The notes: generated by a model from the letters alone, not told the origin. A DNA stretch of 27,440 nucleotides from Candidatus Micrarchaeota archaeon (GCA_032123335.1 JAQBFN010000026.1:1-27440); one strand, 5' to 3'; shown: positions 1 to 8,775, numbered from the stretch's first letter. Made by a program: numbers and translations.

Positions 1-699
1 AACCCCCACCCCCCGCGGACCGGGGGGGGGCGCACTTGCGTTTTGGGCCGCAATATCCAAGGGTATGTGCTGAAAGCAGATATTAAGCAATATTTCGATA
101 GTATCAACCATGAAATTCTTTTGGAAATAATCAGAACCAAGATAATCGACCCGAGGATTATCTGGTTGATAAAACAAATCCTCAGCAATTATAAAACCAG
201 GATTCCGGCAAAGGGAATGCCCTTGGGCAACTTAACCTCTCAGTTCTTTGCGAATGTATACTTAAACGAGCTTGATTATTTTGCAAAACACACTTTAAAG
301 GCAAAATACTATCTGCGCTACGTTGATGATTTTGTAATTCTGCATACTGACAAAGCTGTTCTTGAAAGATGGCAACACGAAATCGACACGTTTCTCAGAA
401 ACAATCTCAAAGTTGATCTTCACCCTGATAAATCCAGAATTGTCCCTTTAAAAAACGGAATAACCCTGCTCGGTTTCCGGATATTTCATGGATACCGGCT
501 CCTGAAGAAAAGCAACGCAAGGAGAATATGGAAACGCCTGGACAAGTTCAAGCAAAAGCACAAAGCCGGAGATCTAGAAAAAGAAAAAATATCTCAAAGC
601 CTGGACGGCTGGCTTGCATATGCTGGGTTCGCTAATACATATAACTTGCGAATGAAGGTTGCATCCGCATTTGCTGAAGCTTTCAATACCAGCAAGTAG
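1..699 (+). CDS. Reverse transcriptase, DGR-type (5'-partial; C-terminal ~232 aa)
   Basis: Frame +1 is open from base 1 (NPHPPRTGGGRTCVLGRNIQ...). Motifs: YVLKADIKQYFDSI (RT3), GMPLGNLTSQFFANVYLNELD (RT4 with the DGR-type SQ), YYLRYVDDF (catalytic YxDD), LLGFRI (RT7). C-terminus LDGWLAYAGFANTYNLR resembles DGR RT thumbs. No endonuclease domain follows. Confidence 0.9.
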   Translation, partial: NPHPPRTGGGRTCVLGRNIQGYVLKADIKQYFDSINHEILLEIIRTKIIDPRIIWLIKQILSNYKTRIPAKGMPLGNLTSQFFANVYLNELDYFAKHTLKAKYYLRYVDDFVILHTDKAVLERWQHEIDTFLRNNLKVDLHPDKSRIVPLKNGITLLGFRIFHGYRLLKKSNARRIWKRLDKFKQKHKAGDLEKEKISQSLDGWLAYAGFANTYNLRMKVASAFAEAFNTSK

Positions 700-762
700 T
701 GGAATAAGCTGCTTGTTCTCACCTTCTAGGTCGTTATTTAGAAGAAAAGAAATTTTGGGTTT

Positions 763-834
763 AGAGCTCCAGTTCAGATTCATGTTCCATGAATACACTG
801 GAGCCTTCGTCGCTTCGCTCCTCAGAGCTCCAGT
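763..834. repeat. Structured element downstream of the RT: direct repeat AGAGCTCCAGT (763-773, 824-834) with an internal inverted copy ACTGGAGC (797-804)
   Basis: Read directly from the sequence. Stem 766-773/797-804 encloses a second stem ATTCATG-ttc-CATGAAT. Alternatively 797-804 pairs with 827-834. Confidence 0.7.
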
Positions 835-860
835 ATCTGATTACTAGTTACGTAAGACCA

Positions 861-927
861 TTTGTCGTAAGTTTTGTCGAATTAACTCACTCGAAAATTT
901 CGACCAAATTTTTGTCGTTTTTTGTCG
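861..927. repeat. Four TTTGTCG direct repeats in two pairs around a TCGAAA-a-TTTCGA palindrome
   Basis: Copies at 861-867, 873-879, 911-917 and 921-927; palindrome at 891-903. Confidence 0.7.
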
Positions 928-1178
928 GAAATCAAAGAGTTAACCCCCTAATTCTTTCAATTTTAGCACTTTAGTAAATCAGGAATTATACTCTCGTGGC
1001 AGGTTTTCTGGGGCAACGCAACCTGGGATGTTTAAAGGCAAAGAAGTATTTAGGGTGGAGAAAGGGAAATGCAAACCTTTAAGATTTTTAACTACAAAAG
1101 CCTGTACGAACATGCTGGATGTTGCATGATTAGTGACTGGTGTTAATCCAGAATTAAAGGAACGGCGGGAGCATTTTC

Positions 1179-1838
1179 CTAATCCTTCCCCATCTTCTTT
1201 TTTGCAAAAAGCCAGACAGGAACGAGCACGTAAACCGCATTGCTCCAGTCCGGAATCACGAAGCTCAATCCCATTCCGATGAAGGTAACAATTATGAAAA
1301 GCTTTGTAATGTTCATGCCCCGCATGAACTCATCATGCTCGAACTTGTCCGCATCAACAAGTGCCCTGTGCTTGTCCACATACTTTAACTGGATGTAGCT
1401 GAACCCGAGTATCGCCAGCATATTCATGTGGAAGAATATCTCGGATGCGGTTGTATCATGGTAACTTCCAATCAGCTCTGTGGAAAACGGTATGAGCACA
1501 ACAAACATCAGGCTGAGAAGCGTAAGCCACACATACTTGTCATCAGTCCTTCCTATGTGCTTGTATTGCTTATTATGCGCGAGCCAGAAGAACCCAAGAA
1601 TAAGGAAGCTCAGCCCGTAATCAAAGAAGATGGGCCACATGCCCAAAATGGAGGATTCGACAACCTCGGAAGTAGCCGAAGCTATCATGGTTGGAACCTG
1701 GATTTCCAGGATAAGAAGGGTCATGGCAATCGCATATGTCCCGTCCACAAGGTTGGCAAGCCTGCTCCTGTTGAGGTATTTCAGTGAAGTTGACTGCGCC
1801 GGTTTCACTTGCGGTTTTTCTTCCTTTTTCTTGGCCAT
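1179..1838 (-). CDS. TMEM175-family (DUF1211) potassium channel
   Basis: RLANLVDGTYAIAMTLLILEI matches the TMEM175 TM1 signature; YGLSFLILGFFWLAH and LIPFSTEL motifs; about 6 hydrophobic segments. Start placed at the ATG of MAKKKEEK, just after the rfcS stop. Confidence 0.85.
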   Translation of the reverse strand: MAKKKEEKPQVKPAQSTSLKYLNRSRLANLVDGTYAIAMTLLILEIQVPTMIASATSEVVESSILGMWPIFFDYGLSFLILGFFWLAHNKQYKHIGRTDDKYVWLTLLSLMFVVLIPFSTELIGSYHDTTASEIFFHMNMLAILGFSYIQLKYVDKHRALVDADKFEHDEFMRGMNITKLFIIVTFIGMGLSFVIPDWSNAVYVLVPVWLFAKKKMGKD

Positions 1839-1839
1839 C

Positions 1840-2811
1840 CTATTCCCTCTCCATCCCAAGGAGCATAATTTGCGCCAGAAGCGCCTCAATCTGGATGTGC
1901 TCATTCGCACCTTCCACAAGCCTGAAATCATATTCCCCAATCCGGTCTACGAGCACAACCTTCTTCTTTTCCGGAATCTCAAGATTCACTACTTCCCTGT
2001 AAATCTGGCGGATGATGTCCGAGCCGGAAAGCCCGTACTGGGTGCTCAGGTCCATGAGCATCTTGCGTGCATCCAGGAATTTCCCCCCATATGCAGCATC
2101 CACCATCTCCCTTATCTCTTTGGGCCGCGCACGGGAGGAAATCTTGTAAACAGTCTCTTCAGTAATTGTTTTCGAGTGGATTGCGGCACCCTGCAATGCA
2201 TTAATCGCCTTCCTCATGTCCCCCTGGGAAACATATGCAATTGCCTCCTCCGCTTTCTCATCCACTTTGAGCCCCTCCTTGTCCGCAACATGCTTAATCA
2301 TCCTGTGCACCTGCGCATCCGTAAGAGGGAGGAAGCGGAAAACCGCGCACCTGCTCTGCACAGGCTCAATAATCTTGGAGGAATAGTTGCAGGAAAGTAT
2401 GAACCTGGTTACGGGAGAATATATCTCCATGGTTCTCCTGAGCGCATGCTGTGCATCAGGTGTAAGCGCATCCGCCTCATCCAGGAATATGAGCTTGAAC
2501 GGGACATTCTCCCCCATGGAAACACTGCGCGCAAAATCCTTGATCTTCCCCCTTACTACGTTGATTCCGCGCTCATCAGATGCATTGAGCTCAAGCAGGT
2601 TTCCCTCATGGTGCTTCCCGTATAAATCATGGGCCATTGCAAGTGTGGCAGTGGTCTTCCCGATTCCGGGAGGGCCCGCAAAAAGCATATTCGGCATGTT
2701 CTTTGCCTTCACAAATGCACTCAGAGACTTCACAGTCTCATCCTGCCCCATAACTTCCGATAATGATTTAGGCCTGTACTTCTCTGTCCAGGGAAGAAAA
2801 TCTGTTTCCAT
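1840..2811 (-). CDS. rfcS: Replication factor C small subunit
   Basis: PWTEKYRP, Walker A GPPGIGKT, LELNASDERG, DEAD, SRC motif and GDMRKAIN. ATG at 2811 is preceded by GGGTGG. Confidence 0.97.
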   Translation of the reverse strand: METDFLPWTEKYRPKSLSEVMGQDETVKSLSAFVKAKNMPNMLFAGPPGIGKTTATLAMAHDLYGKHHEGNLLELNASDERGINVVRGKIKDFARSVSMGENVPFKLIFLDEADALTPDAQHALRRTMEIYSPVTRFILSCNYSSKIIEPVQSRCAVFRFLPLTDAQVHRMIKHVADKEGLKVDEKAEEAIAYVSQGDMRKAINALQGAAIHSKTITEETVYKISSRARPKEIREMVDAAYGGKFLDARKMLMDLSTQYGLSGSDIIRQIYREVVNLEIPEKKKVVLVDRIGEYDFRLVEGANEHIQIEALLAQIMLLGMERE

Positions 2812-2891
2812 AAATGCCACCCATCTATGTAGGGCTTTAGGTAATTAAGCATATAAATATTCACTATGAATCTTCTGTAGAAGTGGTCAAC

Positions 2892-3578
2892 ATGGAAAGG
2901 GTAAAAACAGGAATCGCAGGCATGGATGAAGTTCTTAATGGTGGAATCCCTATACACAGGCACATTGCACTGAACGGAGGCCCGGGTGCATGCAAGACCT
3001 CATTCTCATTTGAGTACATTTACAGGGGAGCCCAGATGGGCGAGAACGGGGTGTATATCACCTTAGAGGAAACCCCGGAAGACATAATCGAGAACATGAG
3101 TGCAACCTTCACAGGCTTCACGGACATGGCAGACCTTATCTCCTCAAAGAAGATGGAGATAATCAAGCCGGACAAGTTCATGCTCGAAGACATTGCAGAG
3201 ATGCTCGAGGAAAGGATTGCAAACAACGACATAAAAAGAGCAGTAATCGATTCCGCAACCATGGTTCGCCTTGCGTTCAAGGACGAATCCGAATACAGGC
3301 AGACAATGTTCGAGTTCTTTTCCCTGCTCAGGAACCTGGACATCACCGCAATAATGACTGTGGAGGCGGCGAACCAGGATCTTGCAACCTCCAAATTTGA
3401 CATTGAGCATTTCGTGCTGGATGGAATCATCAACCTCTACAACCTTGGGAAGGCAGAGCAGAGGGTAAAAGCGGTTGAAGTGTACAAGATGAGGGGGACT
3501 GACCACAAGAGGGAGAAAATACCCTTCAAGCTCACTCCTAACGGAATAAAGGTGTTCGTAGGGGAGAAAGTATTCTGA
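2892..3578 (+). CDS. KaiC/RAD55-like RecA-superfamily ATPase (single domain)
   Basis: RVKTGIAGMDEVLNGGIP, Walker A GGPGACKT, YITLEE, VIDS, DGII and KMRGT. Confidence 0.92.
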   Translation: MERVKTGIAGMDEVLNGGIPIHRHIALNGGPGACKTSFSFEYIYRGAQMGENGVYITLEETPEDIIENMSATFTGFTDMADLISSKKMEIIKPDKFMLEDIAEMLEERIANNDIKRAVIDSATMVRLAFKDESEYRQTMFEFFSLLRNLDITAIMTVEAANQDLATSKFDIEHFVLDGIINLYNLGKAEQRVKAVEVYKMRGTDHKREKIPFKLTPNGIKVFVGEKVF

Positions 3579-3639
3579 GACTTTCTTTTTTATTCTTTCC
3601 TATTCTTTATTCTAGTCTTATTTAACAGGTGTTTTGATA

Positions 3640-6474
3640 ATGTATGATCACAAGGCGGTCGAGAAGGAAATTCTCGAGTTCTGGGAAAAAAACGGGATAT
3701 ATGAAAAGGTAAAGGCTTCCCGCAAGAATGGCGAGCACTACTATTTCTGCGATGGCCCCCCCTATGCAACCGGGCAGATACACCCAGGAACCGCCTGGAA
3801 CAAATGCACAAAGGATTCAATCTGCAGGTTCTGGAGGGGCAGGGGCTACAATGTGCGAGTCCAGCCCGGATTTGATACCCACGGCCTCCCGATTGAAGTT
3901 AAGGTGGAGAAGGAGCTCAAAATCAAGAACAAGCAGGAAATCGAAACCTACGGAATAGGAAAGTTCATAGATGAATGCAAGAAGTTCGCTACGAAATATA
4001 TTGGGGTAATGAGCGGGCAATTCAAAAGCATGGGGGTCTGGATGGACTGGGACAACCCATACATTACCTACAAGGACGATTATATTGAATCCTCATGGGG
4101 AACATTTGCAAGGGCCCATGATCAGGGCCTCCTTATAGAGGGTGTTTACGTGCTCCCTTACTGCCACAGGTGCGAAACCACCCTGGCCAATTATGAGCTG
4201 GAGTACGGTGAGGAAACAGACCCAAGCATATTCGTGAAGTTTCGCATAAAGGACAGGGACAACGAGTTCTTTGTAATCTGGACAACCACCCCATGGACCC
4301 TCACCGCAAACATGGGAGTAATGGTGCATCCAAACCTTCCATATGTGCGCGTAAAGGTGGACGAAGAAGTATGGATTGTTGCAAAGGACCGCCTGGATTA
4401 TGTTCTTGAGCTAACCGGAAAAACCGGAACCGTGCTTGAGGAATTCATCGGGAAGAAGCTCGAGAAGGTTGAATATGAGCACCCTTTCCAGGACAAAATC
4501 AAGAAGGAGGCAACCCGCAGGGTTGTTCTTAGCGATGAGTTTGTTACGCTTGAAGAAGGTACCGGGCTGGTGCACACAGCGCCCGGCCACGGCCCGGAGG
4601 ATTTTATAATCGGAAAGAGGTTTGGGATTGAGCCTTTCTGCCCGGTGAATCTCCAGGGCGAATACACGGAAGAAGCAGGAGAGCTTAAAGGAAAGAATGT
4701 GCGCTCCGCAAATCCGGAAATAATCAAGATGCTCAAGGAGGTAGGGCTCCTTCTGCATGAATCAAGAATAAAGCACAGGTACCCGCACTGCTGGAGGTGC
4801 AAGAACCCACTCATCTTCCTTACAACCAAACAGTGGTTCATCGAGGTTTCCAAGCTCAAGGACAGGATGCAGGAGCAGATTGATCAGACTGCATGGCATC
4901 CTGAATTCGCAAGGAACAGGTTTAGGGACTTTGTGCGCGATGCCCCGGATTGGTGCATTTCCAGGCAGAGGTACTGGGGAATCCCGCTTCCGATCTGGAG
5001 GTGCACAGGAGAATCCTGTGATGGAATAAAGGTTATCCCAGACCGGAAGGAGCTTGGGGAAATAAAGGAGCTCCACCGCCCGTACATAGATGAGAAAACA
5101 TTCAAGTGCGAAAAGTGCGGAGAGGAGATGCGCAGGGTCCCGGATGTTCTGGACGTATGGTTTGACTCCGGGAACGCAGTCTGGGCATCCCTGAGCAAGA
5201 AGGAAAGGGAAATTTACGGGCAGGCAGACTGCATACTTGAAGGCCAGGACCAGATAAGGGGATGGTTCTATTCCCTGCTTGGCTCGGGCATAGTAAAGGA
5301 TGGAAAGTGCCCATACAAAAGAGTGATTATGCACGGATTCTTCGTGGATGAGAAAGGGGAGAAGATGAGCAAATCCGTGGGGAATTTTGTCCCTGTTGAG
5401 GACATTATGGAAAAATACGGGGTAGACTCATTCAGGCTCTGGGGGCTTTCCAATACAATCTGGGACGAGCAGAAATTCAACTGGGTTTCCCTTAAGGACT
5501 CCCATGGTGTGCTGGATGTGCTCTACAATATGTACGTTTACCTCACCAGGTTTTACCCGAAGGAAAAGATAAAGGAAGCTGAGCTTGAAATGGAAGACAG
5601 GTGGCTCTTTTCCAGGCTCAACAACACAAGGAAGGAATTCAATGCTGCATTTGAGCGCTATGAGATGAATACTGCTACCAAAGTGCTCAAGAACTTCCTG
5701 GTTGAGGACCTGAGCAAGTTCTACATGAAGATTGCAAAGGACCGTGTATCCAAGGGGAACGGGGATGGCGCGCTTTTCGCGGTGTATGCATCCGTGCTTG
5801 GAGTGCTGAAGATGCTCTCAGTGATTTCTCCATTCATTCCAGAATTCGTATACCAGAAGTTCTACAGAAATCATGAGAAGGAGGAATCAATCTCCATTTA
5901 TCCGCTTGCTGAAATGCGGGAAGGGGAAATCGACCCTGCGCTTGAAAAGAACTTTGAGCACATGAAGGAACTCCTGCCCGCATTCCTGGAATTGAGGCAG
6001 GAAAACAAAGTAAAGCTCCGCTGGCCGCTTTCAGAGGGCTACGTTCAGTCTGAATCCCAGGAGGTTGTGGATTCTGTGAACACGCTTGCCCCGATACTTG
6101 CAAAGCTGATTAATGTGAAGAGCGTTTCCGCAGGGAATGATCCACAGAGATTTGCATCCGCGGAAGTCCCCCGGGGGAAAATCTATCTGGATTGCGAAAT
6201 TAGCGAAGAGCTCTTTTCTGAAGCAATAACCAATGAGCTTGCAAGAAGGGTGCAGATGCTCAGGAAGGGCCTCAAGCTCGTGGAAAAAGAGAAGGTCTCC
6301 GTGATTATGGACCTTGAGGATGAATTCAAGGGAATTGCAGAGAAGAACAAGAAGGAGATAATGCAGAGCACAAACTCAAAATCCATTGAGTTTGCTGACC
6401 TTGAAGAAGACAAGGATGCAAAATCCTGGGAAGTGGACGGAAGGCCCGTAAGAATAAAAGTAGAAAAAGTTTGA
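3640..6474 (+). CDS. ileS: Isoleucine--tRNA ligase
   Basis: DGPPYATG-HPGT (HIGH equivalent), GFDTHGLPIE, WTTTPWT, GTGLVHTAPGHG, WCISRQRYWG, EGQDQIRGWF and KMSKS. Confidence 0.98.
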   Translation: MYDHKAVEKEILEFWEKNGIYEKVKASRKNGEHYYFCDGPPYATGQIHPGTAWNKCTKDSICRFWRGRGYNVRVQPGFDTHGLPIEVKVEKELKIKNKQEIETYGIGKFIDECKKFATKYIGVMSGQFKSMGVWMDWDNPYITYKDDYIESSWGTFARAHDQGLLIEGVYVLPYCHRCETTLANYELEYGEETDPSIFVKFRIKDRDNEFFVIWTTTPWTLTANMGVMVHPNLPYVRVKVDEEVWIVAKDRLDYVLELTGKTGTVLEEFIGKKLEKVEYEHPFQDKIKKEATRRVVLSDEFVTLEEGTGLVHTAPGHGPEDFIIGKRFGIEPFCPVNLQGEYTEEAGELKGKNVRSANPEIIKMLKEVGLLLHESRIKHRYPHCWRCKNPLIFLTTKQWFIEVSKLKDRMQEQIDQTAWHPEFARNRFRDFVRDAPDWCISRQRYWGIPLPIWRCTGESCDGIKVIPDRKELGEIKELHRPYIDEKTFKCEKCGEEMRRVPDVLDVWFDSGNAVWASLSKKEREIYGQADCILEGQDQIRGWFYSLLGSGIVKDGKCPYKRVIMHGFFVDEKGEKMSKSVGNFVPVEDIMEKYGVDSFRLWGLSNTIWDEQKFNWVSLKDSHGVLDVLYNMYVYLTRFYPKEKIKEAELEMEDRWLFSRLNNTRKEFNAAFERYEMNTATKVLKNFLVEDLSKFYMKIAKDRVSKGNGDGALFAVYASVLGVLKMLSVISPFIPEFVYQKFYRNHEKEESISIYPLAEMREGEIDPALEKNFEHMKELLPAFLELRQENKVKLRWPLSEGYVQSESQEVVDSVNTLAPILAKLINVKSVSAGNDPQRFASAEVPRGKIYLDCEISEELFSEAITNELARRVQMLRKGLKLVEKEKVSVIMDLEDEFKGIAEKNKKEIMQSTNSKSIEFADLEEDKDAKSWEVDGRPVRIKVEKV

Positions 6475-6475
6475 G

Positions 6476-6664
6476 CTATGTGCTCTTGAATTTCTTTCTC
6501 CTGTCCATCTTGGACCAGCAGTCCTTGCAGATGTACGCCTTTCCCCCTTTCCCTACTCTTTTTGAACTTTTGATGCACAGATTGCAGCATGCTTTCTTGC
6601 AGTAGTTGCAGTCATCGAGCTTTGCGGTTTGTTCCCCGCACCTGTCACATACCCTTATTGCCAT
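6476..6664 (-). CDS. Small Cys-rich zinc-finger protein (62 aa)
   Basis: Four CxxC pairs (CDRC, CNYC, CNLC, CKDC) and a basic tail; fills the gap convergent with ileS. Confidence 0.75.
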   Translation of the reverse strand: MAIRVCDRCGEQTAKLDDCNYCKKACCNLCIKSSKRVGKGGKAYICKDCWSKMDRRKKFKST

Positions 6665-6739
6665 GATAATACCTCTAATTGTGTAAGGAACTATTGTTTG
6701 CCCAAAAGGTATTTAAAAGGTTCCCGGCGTTTTTCTCCT

Positions 6740-7174
6740 ATGGAAGAGATTACCAAGAGCCTCATTTTTGCTTTTCTGCTTATTATCGTAATGTATACCT
6801 TTGGAGTAATTGCTTACCATAACCTGGAAGGATGGGGATGGGTAGACTGCATCTATTTTATGAGCGCAACATTTACCACTCTCGGATATGGGGATGTGGT
6901 TCCCAAAACGGACGAGGCGAAAATTTTCACAGTATTCTTTATGTGGACCGGAATTTCGATTGGATTCTACCTTATCTACACAATCTCCAGATACAGGGAG
7001 CAAAATATAGACCAAAGGATTTTCCCGTTTTTTGCCCACCTGATGGACAGGGGCAAGAAGCCTACGAAAAAGAAATACTATGATGATTTGTCAGCTGAAG
7101 AGATTCCAAGGGATATCCGCCATATAATCAACCCTGCGCGCCCGTCTTTGCATCGCAAGAAATCTAAGAAGTAA
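6740..7174 (+). CDS. Two-TM potassium channel (KcsA-like, Ion_trans_2)
   Basis: Selectivity filter TFTTLGYGDVVP flanked by two TM helices; GWGWVDCIYF pore helix. Start placed at ATG 6740 (MEEITKS). Confidence 0.92.
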   Translation: MEEITKSLIFAFLLIIVMYTFGVIAYHNLEGWGWVDCIYFMSATFTTLGYGDVVPKTDEAKIFTVFFMWTGISIGFYLIYTISRYREQNIDQRIFPFFAHLMDRGKKPTKKKYYDDLSAEEIPRDIRHIINPARPSLHRKKSKK

Positions 7175-7526
7175 TATAAAAAGTAGCCGCAATCCGTGAG
7201 TTCTTCACAATTGCCTTTACCCCGGTTGCAATTGAGAGGGCGAGCAGAAGCCCAATCCCGGTTGCAAAGAATATCAGCATCCACAAAAGCGGGAATGCCA
7301 TGGTCTTGAGCATGTCCTTGGTTATGTTTTCATGCAGCATTTCTATTTCTGCCTTTTTCATCTTTTTGAGCAGGTTCATTCCCTCCCCAAAGCACACAAG
7401 CGCAAATCCAAATCCCATGAGCAGTATTCCACCCCCTGAAAATGCATCGTATGCCCCAAAAATAAGGAGTATCTCCCCAATCCAGCTTATCGGCCCGGAA
7501 GTGAATGTGATTAGCGAATTTTTCAA
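7164..7526 (-). CDS. Hypothetical membrane protein (~120 aa)
   Basis: Three or four hydrophobic segments. Probable TTG start right after the enolase stop, preceded by GGTGAGG. Start is uncertain. Confidence 0.6.
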   Translation of the reverse strand: MKNSLITFTSGPISWIGEILLIFGAYDAFSGGGILLMGFGFALVCFGEGMNLLKKMKKAEIEMLHENITKDMLKTMAFPLLWMLIFFATGIGLLLALSIATGVKAIVKNSRIAATFYITS

Positions 7527-7530
7527 TCCC

Positions 7531-8775
7531 TCACCATACCTGTGCGTAATGCTTCCCAACCTTCTCTTCAATCCTGAGCAGCCGGTTGTACTTTGCAGTT
7601 CTTTCCCCCCTTGCGGGAGCACCGGTCTTGATCTGGCTTGCACCCAGCCCCACGGCCAGGTCAGCTATAAATGAATCTTCGGTTTCCCCTGAACGGTGGC
7701 TCACTACAATCTGCATTCCTGCATCCGTTGCAATCTCTGCAGCCTTCCTTGCTTCTGTTACGGTTCCAATCTGGTTGACTTTGAGGAGCAGTGCATTCAT
7801 CGCCTTCATCTCCACGGCTTTCTGCACCCTCTCCGCATTAGTAACTACTAAATCATCCCCCACAACCTGGATTTTGTTCCCGTACTTTTCCGTGAATTCC
7901 GCAAACCCTTCGAAATCCTCCTCAAAGAGGGGGTCCTCTATGCTGTAAATCGGGTACTGCTTCAGCAGGCTTCCGTAATAGTCAATCAGCTGCCCCTTCT
8001 CCAGGTAATTTCCGTCCATGAAGTATTTTTCATCACTTTCCCTGTAGAACGAAGATGCGGCTGCATCCATGCCTATTCCCACAGTTTTGGAATATCCGCA
8101 TTCCTCAATGGATTCAGATATTGAGTCCAGGGCTTCCGTGGTCCTGCTCATGGGTGGTGCGAATCCACCTTCATCCCCTACGTTCTTGGATGTGCGCCCA
8201 TATTTCTTAACGAGCTTCTCATTCAGGGTCTTGTAGATTTCGCATGCAGCCCGCAGCCCATCTGAGAAGCACTCGGCTCTTGCGGGGATAATCATGAATT
8301 CCTGTATGGATAGCCCGTTTCCTGCATGTTTTCCCCCATTGATTATGTTCAGCAAAGGAATCGGGAGTTTTTCCCCTCCAAGGAAATCGTAGAGCGCCAT
8401 TTTTCTTGTGGATGCCGCAGCCTTCAGGTTTGCCATGGAAACCGCAACCATTGCGTTTCCGCCCAGCTTCTCCTTGTTCTTGGTGCCATCCAGCGCAATC
8501 ATTTTCTGGTCCACGTCTTCCTGCGGGCTTGCTTCCATGTCGTATATTGCAGGCCCGATTAGTTTATTCACATTTTCTACTGCAGTAAGCACACCCTTTC
8601 CGTGGAATCTTGGCCCCCCATCCCTGAGCTCTACTGCTTCATGCAGGCCCCTGGATGCACCCGAGGGGCTTGAAGCCCGCCCAAAGCCTCCCCCCTCTGT
8701 TCTCAAATCAACTTCGACTGTGGGGTTCCCCCTTGAATCTATTATCTCCCGTGCAAATACGGATTTTATCTTCAT
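7531..8775 (-). CDS. eno: Enolase (phosphopyruvate hydratase)
   Basis: REIIDSRGNPTVEVD, PSGAS, NGGKHAGN, QEFMI, VGDEGGFAP, VGDDL, LLKVNQIGT, SHRSGETED and KYNRLLRIEE. Confidence 0.98.
   Translation of the reverse strand: MKIKSVFAREIIDSRGNPTVEVDLRTEGGGFGRASSPSGASRGLHEAVELRDGGPRFHGKGVLTAVENVNKLIGPAIYDMEASPQEDVDQKMIALDGTKNKEKLGGNAMVAVSMANLKAAASTRKMALYDFLGGEKLPIPLLNIINGGKHAGNGLSIQEFMIIPARAECFSDGLRAACEIYKTLNEKLVKKYGRTSKNVGDEGGFAPPMSRTTEALDSISESIEECGYSKTVGIGMDAAASSFYRESDEKYFMDGNYLEKGQLIDYYGSLLKQYPIYSIEDPLFEEDFEGFAEFTEKYGNKIQVVGDDLVVTNAERVQKAVEMKAMNALLLKVNQIGTVTEARKAAEIATDAGMQIVVSHRSGETEDSFIADLAVGLGASQIKTGAPARGERTAKYNRLLRIEEKVGKHYAQVW

Noticed and set aside
1..840. Group II intron or retron
   Set aside because: The RT has LGNLTSQ rather than PQG...SP, no domain V-like sequence was recognised downstream, and there is no retron VTG motif.
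861..927. CRISPR array
   Set aside because: Repeats are 7 bp with 3-31-bp gaps; there is no repeat-spacer periodicity and no cas gene.
574..974. Short ORFs 574-798, 659-847 and 789-974
   Set aside because: No recognisable motifs; they overlap the RT end and the repeat/hairpin DNA.
700..1178. DGR template repeat downstream of the RT
   Set aside because: No AAC/AAY-rich tract and no near-identical partner found by eye in the window.
1630..2625. 331-aa plus-strand ORF
   Set aside because: Antisense shadow of rfcS and the TMEM175 gene. The same applies to the many other overlapping antisense ORFs in the track.
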